A DNA stretch of 64,000 bases from Amphiscolops sp. MND2022 (GCA_964187785.1 OZ076409.1:46254001-46318000); one strand, 5' to 3'. Positions 1-16,650 are shown, counted from the stretch's first letter. Notes: generated from the letters alone by a model not told the origin. Translations and numbers: made by a program.

Positions 1-1354
1 GCCTATTGGAGCGTTTGCGGAAGATGCGGTTTAGAAGGAAAGAAAGGCAGGCGGAGAACCTGATTCTTTCGGCAGTACAGAAGGCAAGTTTGCAGGAGGA
101 GTTGCGATTTCTCGCGAAGCAGGAGGGCATTCAGCCTTCGAGAGTCAAAGAGCTTCGGCTTTTTCTATCAACGGACGGGTTGATAAGGTGTCAGACAAGG
201 TTGGCGGAGGCTCAGTTTTTGTCGTTCGATGCCAAAAATCCTATTCTTTTACCTGCAGGGGAGTACATAACAGACTTAATTATCATGCATTTTCATGAGA
301 GGGTCAATCATGGGTCGGAGCGGTGTACAGTCAGCATACTCAGGGAGAAGTTTTGGGTAGTCAAGGCAAGACAGCAGGTTCGACGGGTGATCAGGCAATG
401 TACGTTTTGCAAGCGTTACAATAGAAGAAGATACAGGGTTCCAGCAGAGGCAAATTTGCCTGTGGAGAGGTTGTCTCAAGCGGCAGCTTTCACTCACATC
501 GGGGTAGACTGGAAGCTGGAAGCAATAAGGCGTACATCTGTCTCTTCACCTGTGCGTCGTCAAGAGCAGTTCATTTGGAGGTCACACAAAGTCTCACGGT
601 GGTAGCTTTTTTGCGGGCTTTCAAAAGATTCGTGGCAAGAAGGGGCGCTCCAGTGACAATTTATTCCGACAACGGAAGGACTTTCAAAGGAGCGAGCGAA
701 GATGTCAAGGCTTTTGTGTCTTTCCTTTGCCAGAATTTTTCCCATCCTGGAGTTGACTGGAAGTTCAACGTGGAATTAGCACCCTGGTGGGGAGGTTTCT
801 GGGAACGACTAGTGAGATCGGTCGAGGAACCACTCAGAAAGGCGTTAGGTCGTAATGTTATTGGGTACGATGAACTGGTCACAGTAGTCACCGAAGTTGA
901 AGCAGTAGTCAACAGTTGACCACTAGGATACCTCTATATGGACGACCCATCAGAGTGTCTTCCTTTAACGCCTTCCCATCTCGTCAACGGCAGAAGTCTT
1001 TTGGGTTCAGCTGTCGAATTCCCTGAGAGCAGTCTGCAATCAATTCAACGACGACAACAATTTCTGAAAACACTGGTCGATCAATTTTGGGCAGTGTGGT
1101 CAAAAGAGTATTTGATAGAGCTGCGACAGTTTTTCAATTCTCCATCAAACAATTTGTCCAACCCGCTTCCAAAAGAAAATGACATAGTATTGTTGCATGA
1201 AAAACGCCCTCGTCATTGTTGGCGCATTGGAAAATTGTCAAAATTAATTATCGGACGAGATGGTCAAGCCAGAGCTGCTGAAGTGATTTCATCCGGGAAA
1301 ACTTTCCGGAGGCCACTGCAATTGATTTCACCTCTTGAAATAATTCAAGAATAA
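1..1354 (+). pseudogene. pol: Bel/Pao LTR retrotransposon pol, C-terminal part (integrase zinc finger, core, C-terminal domain); disrupted
   Basis: ORFs 6-605, 575-919 and 938-1354 carry Bel/Pao integrase motifs: H(FHERVN)H...CTFC, SDNGRTF, APWWGGFWERLV, PLTPSHL, QFWAVWSKEYL, GRDGQARAAEV. One frameshift (~510) and one stop (917-919). Continues off the left edge. Confidence 0.93.
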
Positions 1355-1523
1355 CAATTGTTGCTTTGAAAATTAAAACTAACTTGAAACAAGGTGAAAT
1401 CAATTGGTACGGTAAATTTGCTTTATCTTGCATTCATAACAACAAGTGGAATCTTCAACAACCTGCCGCGCCTTTCGTCAATGTGGCTTTGCACCCATCC
1501 CTTCTTTAATGCTGGCAGGAGGA

Positions 1524-2011
1524 TGTTGAATTTCATTCACTATTTCAAACTCGGACTGAAAACATTTAGTACTTCAAGCTCAGACTGAAAACTTTTCGTA
1601 CTTCAAGCTCGGACTGAAAACATTTGGATTGACTTTAGTATCTTTAGTATTCATTCGTTCCTGATTCATTATGTGATGTTACATTCATTCTTCTTACATT
1701 GAAAAGCTCTTACGAATAGAAGACATTAGGAATAAGATAGAGAACGATTATTCCCGAAAGCTAAAATTGCCCTAAAAGAAACCTTTTTTCTGAAACAGAG
1801 CTAAAGTACTTCCCACTACTGCTACTGGCCTAGTGGTTAACGCCAAGCCTCGTTGTTAGCGTGCGTGGCTGGGGAGCCGGAGCCAGTGGGTTCCAATCAC
1901 TCACTGGTACATTTTTTAAGCTTGTGCAGTACTTTCTTTACTAGGTCGAAGAGTATCCATCTATCGGTCTTTGGTAGTGTAACTTTTTACCAAGAAAGAT
2001 CATTTTCAACA
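1524..2011 (+). mobile_element. Probable 3' LTR of the Bel/Pao element (~488 bp)
   Basis: Purine tract GGCAGGAGGA directly precedes TGTTGAA at 1524; the matching inverted end TTCAACA finishes at 2011. The partner LTR is outside the window, so the right end is inferred. Confidence 0.65.
1544..1625. repeat. 29-bp tandem repeat, ~3 copies, inside the LTR
   Basis: TTCAA(A/G)CTC(G/A)GACTGAAAAC(A/T)TTT... repeated head to tail without spacers. Confidence 0.85.
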
Positions 2012-3149
2012 TACCCTTTGGTTTTTCAGTTATTCTTAGCAAAGAAAAAGGGTTTTGCGATCTTAAAAATCCCCTTCTTGGATTTTTGGCTCTGTGCAAC
2101 TTTCCCAAATTTGATTTTTCTGATGTTTTGAGTTAGGTAAATGCGTTTTCTGCGTCTCAAAGGTGCTCCCTTAGGTTGTTTTGAGGAAGCTGGGAACTGT
2201 GAGAACGAGCGTTTTCTCAAAATTTCTCTTTGAGCATATTCAAAACACTTTGCTCTTTCTCAGCCATACCAAACTTTTTAAGCATAGATATCAATTTTTG
2301 TCAAACAAATAAGACTGGTATGTTTTTTTTCAAAAGGTGTATAACTAGCATATACGTAAAATATCGTGCCACTCTTGTTTAACTTTTCAGTTAGCAAAAA
2401 GTGTTTTAAAGTCTATTGTGAGACTTTTCAGTAATTTCATAGAAACTGCTTTTTAACAAATTTCGGATGTTTTAAAAAACCTCTTTGAGACCAAAGAGTC
2501 CTCCCGAATATTTTTGCATTGTAAATTTGAAATTTAGACCGAACGCCGAACTAAGCCATTCCAGGCTTTTTACCACTTGCTATTCATTATAAAATTTTAT
2601 CGATTCAGTTTTGATACAAATATTTCCTTCCATTAAACGACGTGGCTGAAATTCACCTAATGAACTATTAATTGATCATCATAATGCAAATTTCAACAGA
2701 ATTTCCCGAGCGGGGAATGGGAGAAAAAATTCAAGAACATTGTAATGGCCTCACCTTTTTTCAAAAAGCGCTGACTAAAATTACAAAAGGAGTATGTTGT
2801 TCTGTTCCATTGAATGAACTTGGAAAGTGACAATGGAGACATCATGCACAGTGGACAAGAATAATTTCCCGCAAAATTCAAAGTTTTTATTTTCTGTCCA
2901 TATTTCATATGGAAAAGGAAAATATATAAATCAAACGTTTTTTTTTAACAAAATTTGCCAAGCACCAAATTTATATCAAAGATAGAGGGTTTGCCCCATC
3001 GAATTCAACTGACGTAAAATTAAAATCATGCAGCATGTATTTGTAGAGATTTTTGATTTTTTGGGTTGACAAAATGACCCCAAAAATAGTAAAAACTTTA
3101 AAATTTAAAAACTTACAATTTTTGTCAACTTTTCGATAAATTTTGTGGT

Positions 3150-5300
3150 TTACAATGTTGGAAACATTTAAAAAGAAAAATTTCGTTATCCAAGATGCTT
3201 TTTCAGAAGAAATAAATTCAATTTTTCAATGAAAATATGCCTCAAATTGCGACCGAAATTGAAAAAAATCCAAGTTTAGATTTTTGACTTTTTTTTGCAA
3301 TTTCTGTCAAATTTTTGATACACTTTCTAGCTTAGAAAACTAAAAACGTTCAACAAAAAAAATTGTTGTCCAAGAGGCTTCTGCGAAGAGATAAATGCAG
3401 TTTGTTTTGAAAAAACAGCTCAAATTCATACTTTCAGATTTTTGAAGTTTGCATGCACTTTTTGACCCATCTTTTGAGAAACTTGATGCCTTAGAATGTT
3501 GATGACGTTCAACAAAAAAACCATTCATTATCCAGGGGCCTTTGTTAAGATGTAAACGCAGTTTTTAAATGAAAATAGGGCTCAAAATGCGAGAAAAATG
3601 ACTCAAACTCAAAAATGAACGAATTTTTCACGTCTTCTGCAACTTTTGTCAACCTTTCGAGAAATTACATGACTCAGAACGTTGAAAACGTTTAACAACG
3701 AATGAATTTGTCGTCTAACAGGGTGGTTTGGGTAGATAAGTGCATCTATTTAAAAACAAATTGTCACAAGGATCACAAAATAGTCAAAAAGTCTCACTTT
3801 TTTGATAACAATTTTTAATTTTCCAACGCAGTTTGAAAAAAAATCAATGGATTAGAGCTCTAAGACCGTTGTTGGTCAAAAACAATGGAATGCGGTATTC
3901 ATTTGACTTTTTCAAGGGATGAATGCCGGTTTCTGATAAAAATGTGCTTTAATTTGACACAAAAAATTGTCTGAAAGTCCAAAAATTTCCAGTTTATGTA
4001 GTTTCTTCATTTTTTGAGTATAATTTTTGAGACTTTCTATGAGTGAGAAGGTTCAAAACAATCAAAAGCGAACAGTTCAGGTTTGTAATGTCGTTTTTTG
4101 ATGAGAAATTTACAGAGTTTTACATTAAAAATACTGCAAAACGACACAAATGAGTGATTGTTTGTGAGTGAAAGTGTTCTGGAACTAGAGGTCTCCAAAA
4201 TTTTATACGATTTGTCAAGCTGTGCAGAACGCCTTTTGAAGAAAAACGTTGTAGTTTTCTAGGTAGAACATTACCTCAGAATGAGCCATATGAGTCGAAA
4301 CTCCAAAAATTTTCCGAAAAAAATTCGTTGGAATTTTCCATTATTAGAAGAATGAAAACGTTCAACAGCAAACAACCGAAATGTTCGAAAATAGACTCAA
4401 AGTGATCCCAAAATAACCAAAAAGTGAAAAGCTTTCAAAATTTTTGCCGTTTTTATCCCAGTTTATTTTAAATTTTGAATTCTCTCGTGAATTAGAACTT
4501 TGAAACATTGAATTAGCTATTGAAAGAATTGTCCAGTATAGTTTTTGAAAAAATAAATTCAAGTTATCCTAGGAAATATGCCTAAGTTTCAACCCAAACT
4601 ATCGAAACGCAAATTTTTCCAGTTTGTCATTTTCCCTGCCGTTTGTCTACAAATTTTAAATGTTTTTGTGGCGAAGAAAGTTCAAAACAATGAAACACGA
4701 ATAAAATAGCTATGCGGTATGCTATTTTGAAGAAGGAAGGAATGGCAGCATTTTACTTCAAAAACACTTCAAAAATGACACTGGTGAGTCGGAAATGAAA
4801 AACTCTATATTCCACGTTTCTTATTCAAAGTTCCGAGTTTCCATTATTGGATGATTCAAAACGTTCAACAGCGAACAAATGCGGTATCCAGTAGGCTTTT
4901 CAAGATCAATTGCAGTTTCACGTTAGAGAAGAGCCTCAAAATGGCCCCAAACCAGTCGAAAAAAAAAACAAGTTTTGGCAGTTGCTTGACAAATTAGTAA
5001 AATTAGACAAGTTTGTAATTTTCAAAAACTCTAAGTTTTTTTAATAGGCATGCAGAATACTTTTTTGAAAGTTTACATTTTTGTGGGTAAAAAATTCGTC
5101 AGAACGACTTAAACTTAGTGAAAAATCTTTTTTTCTGTTTTCGAATTGTTTATACAGTTTTTTGTAAACCTTTCGAGCAATTTTGCAACTCAACATCGAC
5201 TGGGCCCGGTATCCAATAGGCGTTTTCAAAAAGACACCTGCAGTTTCTTGGAAAAAAACCTTAACATGACCAATAAGTTTTCCACAAAGTAAACTTTTCC
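3150..5300. repeat. Degenerate AT-rich repeat region with ~160-175 bp periodicity
   Basis: Recurrent ACGTTCAACA-like core near 3346, 3505, 3688, 4358 and 4861, each followed by a similar TATCCA..GG..TTTT segment; no credible ORFs. Confidence 0.4.
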
Positions 5301-6755
5301 AAATTTTCTCGTTCTTGGCGACTGCGCGCAAAAAAATTGATGTTAGGTTTTGGTATCCACTCAAGCCGACAAAAAAAACAAATAGGTGTTCAGTGTGTTC
5401 TTGAAGTGTTTCCTTCTGAAATGGAATGACATTTTTCAAAAAGTGCCAAAACTTTTTCCCTCAAGTTTTTATGCGTTTTCATAGTGCAATGGCTACTCTT
5501 GAGCCTCAAAAATATGTCTTTGCTAGAACATTTTGGACGGAACATATCCTGCTGGCCAGCGGGCGTCTTGGTTGATGAATTGTTCACACAGAGTTGAGAC
5601 TCAGTTTTCAGAGTTAATTGTAATACAATCTTGTAAAATCCAAAGATAAATCACTTCAGCAAATCTATATTTTCCTCAAAAAAACTTATGTTAGTTCATA
5701 TCAGTCATGTTCGTGTCAACTTCAGCCGTAGCACTTCTAAGTCTTGGTTGAAGAATGGTAGATAGATGCCCCAGGTAGTAAGAGTCCTTTTTCGAATTTT
5801 TGCATACTTTTCTAGTTGATACAACCCAAAATTTCGCAGAAAGCAGGCTGTGTGAACAATTTTTTTGACTTATCTCTGGGTACGTTCCAATTTTTAAGAC
5901 GCGAGATCAATAAGAGCATAGTGGCAAGTCTACGTATGAGGAATTATGATAATAGCGATTGGCTTTTTGCGGGAAATGATTTTTTGACGTAAGAAATTTA
6001 GAGTTGAGGCAGATTGGCAGCCAGGTATATGTTGGGGTGCTCGTGCGTCACAAGTGTTTAGAGCTTTTTGTAGCTGAATGTTCATTTCAAAATCAGTTGC
6101 GTATTTGTAAATATCATTCGAATCTATGAATGATCTTTTTGTTGAAAACAGAATACTTACAGTATTTGAGCTTAATATGGTTGAAATAGTCAGAGAACGT
6201 TTCAAACAAATTCGTTCCGAGGCACCCGTGAAATATTTTGAAAAACCAAATGACACAAAAACAAACCACTGCACGCCATTGAGTCAAAAAGGCCTTTTTT
6301 GTTCGACTTAAGTCAGAACGTTGACAAAGAGAAAATCCCTAGAAATCCAGCTCCGCAGAGCGCTTAATTGGTTGAAGTGGATGAATCTCATTCCCGAAAA
6401 GTTCGGCCGAGAAGATATTTAGCAATTTAGTCATTTGTATATTCTAGATAATAACCATTTTTCAATTTTCTTTCAAGTTTTCAGTTAAAGGTTTTGAGTC
6501 AAACTTGACTTTCGAGGGCACTTATGCTCCTTCTTCGTCCATTTTGGATGGTAAAAGTGTTAGGTAATATGTATGTTATACTGTGTAAAAAACCGAGCCG
6601 AATCTTTCGAAGAAAGTGCCAATCAAAACCAGAGACGACTTTAGACTAGCCATTAACAAAGGAGTCTTTATGTTTTGTTGTATTTGTGAACAACCCTTTT
6701 TGTCCGCATAAAATCTTGATACATTTTGTTACATTTGTTTGCTTGCATATGGATA

Positions 6756-9700
6756 GAAAAAGTCAAATACTACTTTGATACATAACTGTAAAGATTGTAT
6801 TTCTTATATCAAGTTCGTTTTTACTCAGTAGCCTTTAGAAAATATTACTTGGCGCAGTCAGCCTTCTTAATACGCAACTAATTTTACTGAAACAAAGAAA
6901 ATGAGCAAAGAAACAAGCCGAATTGAAGTACCGAATCTCGAGGCCACATCACCCAGGAAAAGAATATTCACACCGAAACAATGGCTGGAGAGATTCAGAC
7001 ATTATACAAAGAGAGAATACAAGATAGATATTGCCGAATTAATACGGGGAGCCGACGTAACACAAAACGGTTGGCCCAAAAAAGAAAACGAATTACAAGA
7101 AGATTTCATATGGGGTATCGGACATGAAGTCATATACCAAATGACACGGGCAGAGTACCAAACAAAACCGGACAAAAAAGACCAAAGATTTATCAGATTA
7201 TTCAATACTTTTTACCAAAAAGAAACTTTTACCACAACCGCGGGGGAATTCATCTGGACCAAACAGTCAGAAACCGAAACACCGGAAGACTTCTGACGGA
7301 GATTGATAGAAATCAAAAAAGAAGTTCGAACGATTAACAGCCGAAGACTTATTTCCAAATTCATGATCGCAACCACAGACGCAAAACTCTGAGATAAACT
7401 AATGAAAGAGAAGAAACTGGAACTGACGAAAACAATCGAAATGATTGAACAAAACACATATGAAAGAAACAAACGGAAAAACACCATACCGGAAGCTCTT
7501 ATCACGAACTGAGAAAAGAAAAAATAAAAGATGAACTAGTACAAAAAATGAAAAGATTCGGTACGAGACCGAAAAACAGAACAACAAAAGAAAACCGTGT
7601 AAACTCTGCAACGCACCAAACTGGAACCCTTCACATAAATGCCCGGCATTAGATAAATTATGCAACAACTGACAAAACAATGACCGACAAAAACAAAAAC
7701 TTGACGACATCAGTTAAAATAAACGGAACTGAAAAACTTCATAATTGATACCGGGTCACCAACTTCAATAATGCCGGCAGATTACAACATATCGAAGAAA
7801 ACTCAGCTCCAAAAAGTGAAACATCGATACCAAGACGTAAATAAAAACGAAGTGAAATTCATGGGGCAAACACCTGTAGATTTTGAATACGAGAATAACA
7901 AACAGAAGATGCAAATTTTGATTACCGAAAAAAATGACATAAAACTAAAACTCGGAATGGACTCGCTGAAGAAACTCAACTTAAAAATAGAAACATCCGA
8001 TTGGATGAGAATAACCAATCAGTAAAGAAACAAGTGATTGAACAGTTTCAGGATTTATTCAAGAACAAAACTCCTATAAAAGATACCGAAACAAACATAC
8101 AACTCAAACCGGGGCATTATCTGGTGAAACAAAACGCGAGACCGATACTACTACCTCTCCAACAAGTAGTAGGTAAAGAACAGGAGAAAATAATAAAAAC
8201 GGGACTTTTGGAAAAAAATAGACACGTAGACGAAGATTGTTTCGTATCCCCTGTAGTGATAAGGGTAAAAACCACAAGTCAATAACAATTGCATTAGATT
8301 CGAGAAGACTAAACGACAGCTGTATAGGAATCAGACCGCACATGCCAAACATGGAGGAGTTATTGAACCAATTTTGGTAGAAATCACGAAAGACCGAACA
8401 AACAGAATAATGATCTCGCAAATAGATCTAGACTACGCATACGGCCAGATGAAATTGTCAAAAGAAACAAGCCGGCAATGCGTATTCGCTATAACCGCGG
8501 GGAAATTCAGCGGATGCTATAGATTCAAGAGAAGCAATTACGGATTGGCAGATATCCCGACTATTTTCGCAGAAAAAATCGACCGAACACTAGAATATTC
8601 GACACCGGCCTGACTAAACAATATAATCGTCGTAACCCGAGGAAGCCGAGAAGTTCACAAAAAGAAACTATTCGACGTTTAAAAGAGTTTAGAAGATGCG
8701 GGATACCGGGCAAGTGAACAGAATTCCGAGTTCTTCTTAAACAAATCAAAATGACTGGGACACGAAATTGATAAGAACGGTAATAACCTGAACAAAGAAA
8801 AAGTGAAAGCAAACACCCGGAAAACTAAAAACAATCAAAACCATTCCTCGGAGCAATCCAATACCTTGCAAAATTTTTACCGAGACTATCGGAAAGAACT
8901 GGAAGAGTGCGAAGATTGATGAAGAAAGGTTCCAAATGGAATTGGGGAAGAGAACAAGAAGACGACTTCAATATTATAAAGAAATTATTAACCGAAGAAC
9001 CTTGGTTGACTCACTATGCGAAGGACCGGGAAAACATCGTACCAACCGACGCAAGCAAAACTAGTCTTGGAATAACATTATGGCAAAAACAATTGGACGG
9101 GAAACAAAACCGATAGCATTCGGTAGCAGATATTTGAATGAAAGTGAAACAAAGTACTCAATCGGAGAGTTGGAATTACTAGCCGTAGTATGGGGTTTTG
9201 AAAAATTCCGATTTTTTTATACGGGAAGAAAGTTTTTCTTTATACAGACCGCCAAGCACTTGAACTGTTGATTAATAGAAATCGGTGTAATAAACAATAC
9301 AGCGCAAGGCTGACAAGATGGTTAGATTGGCAATCTCACTTTGATATTGTCACTCAACACATTGCAGGAAGTAATTTAATGTTTACCGACTTTCTAACTA
9401 GAATTCTGGAAGAAGAAGCAACGGCCGGAGACTCATACGATGAGCAATACGTAATTATTGTCCTTTCCAAACAAGACGAACTGAACATCCTGTACGGCTT
9501 ACTTTTTGCTAATCAATCACAAAACGCTACCGAAATACGCAAAACGACCAAATTAAGCTCTCACAAACATTTAAAACGCAATAGAACATTCGAGAAAAAC
9601 CGAGACGTGAACAAAAAGCACATACCAGCGAAATATACATCGAATATATACCAAAAAAGTCTAAAGCGATTAATTTAACAGACAAAAGTTCAAAATCAAT

Positions 9701-11995
9701 TTTACCAATTTTATTTCCTTTTAGGAAAAACATGGACCGCGATTACTTCCACTGGGGATCCACAACCGAAATCATGAATATAATCAGACGAAGAACAAAA
9801 AGCACGGAGTCTTTGAGATTAGTGGAACGAAAGCTGGAATTACCACGCCCCTGAACGATGAGATAGAAATTTGATTCAAATGCTCAACGCCAAATTTGGG
9901 TCCCCCCACGACCAAACAAACAGAGCCGCGAAGAATTAGCGGAAATAGACGGAGAATTACACAACCGAGCAAACAGATTCGGCGGAAGTTATCAAATCAG
10001 AGAGATTAGAAGAGGAAAAGGCCTAGGAAAACGAACCGGAGAGCGAAGGCGAAAGCCAAATAATCAGAGGAGCCAACTTTCCCAATGTAGACCTAAAACT
10101 TACAGCACTGACGGGAAAGAAGCGCAATTCATCCGAATCAACCGAGTAATTGACAAAATTACCGGAGATAAAAAAGCCACCGGAGAGATCATAAAGAAAG
10201 CCGAATTCAAATTTATGCGCGAATCTCAAGACAGTACTTGCCAAATCTGCCACTGACGCGGAACTCAACTTGGTCAGAGATGCCATGAGACAGAGATGCC
10301 ATGAGGGGACAAGAATACGGCACCAGAACAATATCGACAGATATTCGAGAAATTGTCAAACAAGTGGGTGCTAACATTCAAGTACGAGAAGATTATCGTC
10401 CCAGCAGAACTAAGGAAGAAGTTATGGAAACATTACACTTCAGCCACGCCGAATCAACCAAAATGTTAGCCAAGCCCGAATCTTCTGGTGGCCAAACATC
10501 TAAAAAAACTGAAGATCGCACAAAAAACTCTGTAGCCTGCATGGCATCGGGTAAGAATTTACATTATCAAATACCGAAAAATGAAACTGGAAAGTAAAAA
10601 CATTAACCGAACGGGGACACGAAATACAAATTGATTTCTTCGGGAAACTGAACAACAGAATGTTAAACGGTGAATACCAACTATTAATAGCGGTAGATAG
10701 ATTCATTAAATGGCCGACTGTGAAAATTTATAAATCGTCAGAAAGAAAAGAAGTACTGAACGCTTTAAACCAAAAGTTTAACTGATACGGATTTCCCGAA
10801 AAAATCAAAACGGTGAAAGGTGGAGAGTTCATATCGAAAGAGTTGACGAATTTTGCAAATCACGAAATATTGAAAATGAATATAGCACACCGAGACTACA
10901 TACCGGCAGCTGCGCGGTAGAAGGCGCAATACAGACCATAATTTATCTAATGATAGCCAACCTGGAAGACAATCTGTGTCTCACTGAGTGCGTAAATAGA
11001 GCATTAAACGAGATGTGATTCAAAATACCCACGGGATTGAAAAAACTCCTTTTGAATTACATCACGGTCGAAAACCGAGAACCGAACTTCCATTCTAAAA
11101 AATGGCAGTAAATCATTCCTGTCTAAATGGTCGGAATTATCCAATCAACCAAAAGTAGACCGAAGATACCAATCTACGTTGCACACAATAGCGACGGAGA
11201 GGTATCTAATCATCTCGTCATGGCCCGGACGAAAACGGGAGAGAAGACAATGACGGAAAATTCCCCGAAAAAGTAAAGTTCGGTTAGTACATACCCTTTT
11301 AACTTCTTTGAAAAAACCATTAAAAAGGCTAGAAAGCAAATTTCAAAGAAAATTACAAACAGCAGTAAGCAGAACGGAACACACTGTGACCACCGAAACT
11401 GGAAAAACAATACCCCGAAATTGTATTTCGGACCCAATTATGTTTCAAGAAGAAAGAAAAACAGAACGCGCACCGAAGATCGGAGATACCATCACTCTGA
11501 AAAACCGACACTGTCCGAGAGGAGTTGACGGTAAATACATCCAATGAAATGAAATCCCGAGGGATGTATTGAACGGAAAACTCAAAACAGTGCAAAACTA
11601 AAAGTCCGAAACCGACACTGAGAGTGAGAAGTAGAGAAATAGAAAACGAAGAGAGCGACTTCGAAAATCATGGCACTTCCGAAAGAGACGGATACCGACC
11701 AATTACAACATCGCCGAAAGATGAGCTAAATCTCCACACGGACGGTGAGTTGATAACTAGTGAGAATAAAGAAATTATTATAACAACCGAAAATCAAAAA
11801 ACTAGACGGTCAAACCGGGAAAGTAAACAACCGAAAAGATACGGGGGGTAACATATACACGAAATTTCTGAATATGACATTATAGTCATATCATATGACA
11901 TAATGAAAAAGTCGAATACTACTTTGATACATAACTGTGAAGATATTTCTAATATCAAGTTCGTTTTTACACAGTAGCCTTTAGAAATTTTTACT
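6756..11995 (+). mobile_element. Decayed Ty3/Gypsy LTR retrotransposon (element G1)
   Basis: Diverged terminal direct repeats 6756-6849 and 11905-11995. PBS TGGCGCAGTCAGC at 6850 (tRNA-Ser-like). Fragments in order: gag (6901-), protease IIDTGSP (~7741), RT (MPNMEELL, IDLDYAYGQ), RNase H (TDASKT), integrase. Many stops and frameshifts. Confidence 0.88.
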
Positions 11996-13513
11996 ATGAA
12001 TTTTTCTGCATCCTTTGGTATCATCTAAGTAAATTAACTTTTGTTTCTATCTTTTTGCATCATTTTACCTGCAATTTGCAGGTAATTGGTTTCAAATGGC
12101 TCAACAAAATCAAAGATTTTGTAGTAAGTAGCCATATTTAGATGATACATATTTTGATCTTATTGCTCTTTGTACCTCAAAGGTCAAAGTAGCTTTGTTC
12201 CACAAAGGGGCGCATTGTTCATAATCTTGGCCAAAGTCGGTCTTGGAAGCATGTATTTTGAGGGGTGAAACTGGAGGGGCATTTTCTTTCCATGGTCTTT
12301 TCAGCCGGCGCATTTTGTAAGAAAGGTGTCCGACTATTACAACGACTAATTGTTTGAATTTTTTTGTGAGATCACAGAATGTATGCGAATTATCTACCTT
12401 TCAACATAGTTTGTTCACGCTGCCCTTAGTTAAGGTGTGCGCTTCCCAAGCAGTCGGCCATCGGTTCGGTGCCTGTTCCTGACTAAATGTCTTTCTTGTT
12501 TTTTGGCACTGTGCAACTTTTTTTTGATTTTGAAAATTTCACCAATGATCCCTTCTGCGATTTCCCGTGTTTCAACTTCTAAAAAGGCGTCTTCAAGCCT
12601 AAAGGGTCCATCTATGGGGATTTTGGCATTGTGTGACTTTTTTTCGAAAAAAAGTTTTTTCTTTTTTTGATGTTTTGCCCATGAGTTTTTATAAAAGAAA
12701 GTGAAATTTTTATTCACTGGTTGAGAAATTCTTATTGGAGGAATTTTTTGGCAAATAAATTTTCACTAGCAACGCTTATTCCATGCTTATTTCAAAAAAA
12801 CCTGCTCAAAAACTTTTATCTTAGGATGAAAAATTGAAACTACAACCTTAATCTAAACTGACCTTGATCTCACTGAAAAGATAAAATTGAAAATATTTGG
12901 ATTTTTTGAAAATTTCGAAAAGGATTTTTTGCCTTTTTTGGCACTTCAGAAAAATCCCGAATAGCACAAATGCTACGAAGTTTATTCGTTAGTAGTTTAA
13001 TTCTGTGGAAAAAACCTTTTTTAAAGAAATTATAAAATTAGATAATCGCAAAATTAGGTAAAAACACCGGTCGAGAGGAATATTTTCCTTTCCCAAGTTA
13101 ATAATAAGTTTCTCAAATCTTCGGTGTGAGGAAAAAGAAGTATTCGGTTGAGGTTAATTTATTAACTATTGTATATTCAGTTGAATTGTTTCTTTTGGAA
13201 CACATCAAAGATGATTATAGTGGAATGAATCAACTCAATGTACAATATTTAATAAAAGTCAAGTCTCCAGTCTTTTTTAAAATAAAGTAATCCAGTACAA
13301 CAAACATTTCTACATGAACGTAAAAGTTCACTGTTAGTCATGTAAGTATGAAGTGGAGTAAAAAGTGCTCTAAGATCTACTGTATTTTCTATAATTTCAA
13401 ATCGTCATCCGCGAAGCTGATTCGCCGATTCCCGAGTCTGTCAACACCGTTCCACAAGTGATGGAATCGTGATGACGTCACTTGGAAGAGGCAGTTGTGA
13501 GGTGATGGGAGTC

Positions 13514-15307
<1,794 letters not shown>

Positions 15308-15674
15308 CTACACAAAACATAAAGTGGAGTCTTGACCTGGAAAATTTGGTATCAGCTCAAAAAATTGAAATGTTAAGTACTTAATGTTCATTTTTCAATA
15401 GTTGTAAAATTATTGGACGTGAATTACAAAACAAAAAAGATCAACAAAATAGGATGAAAGTTAATCTACAGTTTAAAAAAAGTTTTTTTAAAAAAATAAA
15501 AATGTTATGTAATATATCCATATCAACGATGAGCCTCAAAATTGACGAGTAGTAGGATTCGTGTCAAAAATAGTTTGGTTAAAAGTTGAAACCTGTCAAT
15601 AAAAGAGCGGATACTCACTTTAAGTAAGGTTTGATGAGAATGAATGACCGAAATCCCAAAAGCATTCTTTTATA
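15308..15674 (-). promoter_or_regulatory. Probable cathepsin core promoter, short non-coding exon 1 and 5'UTR intron (15618-15308)
   Basis: TATAAAA at 15674-15668; TCATTC initiator-like motif about 25-30 nt downstream; GTGAGT donor at 15618; TGTGTAG acceptor immediately before the ATG. Confidence 0.6.
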
Positions 15675-16650
15675 TTGTTCCTTTATTTATTTGTTGGCTT
15701 TCAGAGGAAGTTTTAATCTGTGGAATGTGGTACCATTTACTCCCAAAAACAACATTTTTCTGCACTTTGATCACAATTGTTTGCTCAACAAAAGCCCACT
15801 CTTCGTTTCTTCATGAATCTCTTCAATGTCAATATTCACGATTTTGATCCACTCACTTCAACTGCATTAAATTTGGTAAACCGAAGCTGTTTACCATTTT
15901 GTAAGTTTTCATTTTTGCTGTAAGTCATTAGAAGCTAATGAAATTTGTCGATCAAGTCGAAAGAAATGACATTTGTTTTGTAATGGCTCTATCAAAACAT
16001 TCGAGTGATATATAATTCAACTAAGTTTGACCTCTATTGTGTCATTTTTGTGTAACATGGGAATTTCATCTTGCATAATAAAACAAAAAAGGTTTTTTCA
16101 AAAGCTACTTTGGAATTCACACAAAAATAGTTTACGAAATTCCATCAGCGTTAGTGTCAAAAAACTCTCAAATACAAAGAGTTTCCCGAAATACATTCGC
16201 CAAAAATGGAGGATTCATTTTGAACAATTCGTTAAGCATGTTGAGAACCTATTTGCATGCATCGCAAAAGTAGTAATAAATGTTGCAACTGAGATTTCTT
16301 AATGTTGAAAAGTGAGTGAATTTCGTCGAAATGAGGCTATGAAAGAATTAAATTACTTATTTGGTTAGTTTATGTGTCGCAATAAAATGCTATCTAATTT
16401 CGCTAAATTAGTAGGATTTAACAAAAACGTCAATGCGTTTTTCTTCGATTATGGTGTTATTTTCGGAAAAAGTGTCATAGTCAAAAGTAACCGCGAACGA
16501 TGGTTTGATTACAAACCAAGGTTTCTGAGATAACGCGTCAAGAATTTTTAATTATGGCTGAATTCTTCACAATTACAAACTGATGTGACTTTTGTAATCT
16601 AAATCCGATTCCAAAAGAAACCTTTTGTAATTCCGGTCAAAATTTGAGAT

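Noticed and set aside
1544..1625. 29-bp repeats (also 51055-51152) as a CRISPR-like array
   Set aside because: Head-to-tail tandem units without unique spacers, inside eukaryotic retroelements, with no cas genes.
2026..6311. Short ORFs in the AT-rich 2-6.3 kb region
   Set aside because: Low-complexity K/F/N-rich translations of repeat DNA with no motifs or splice support.
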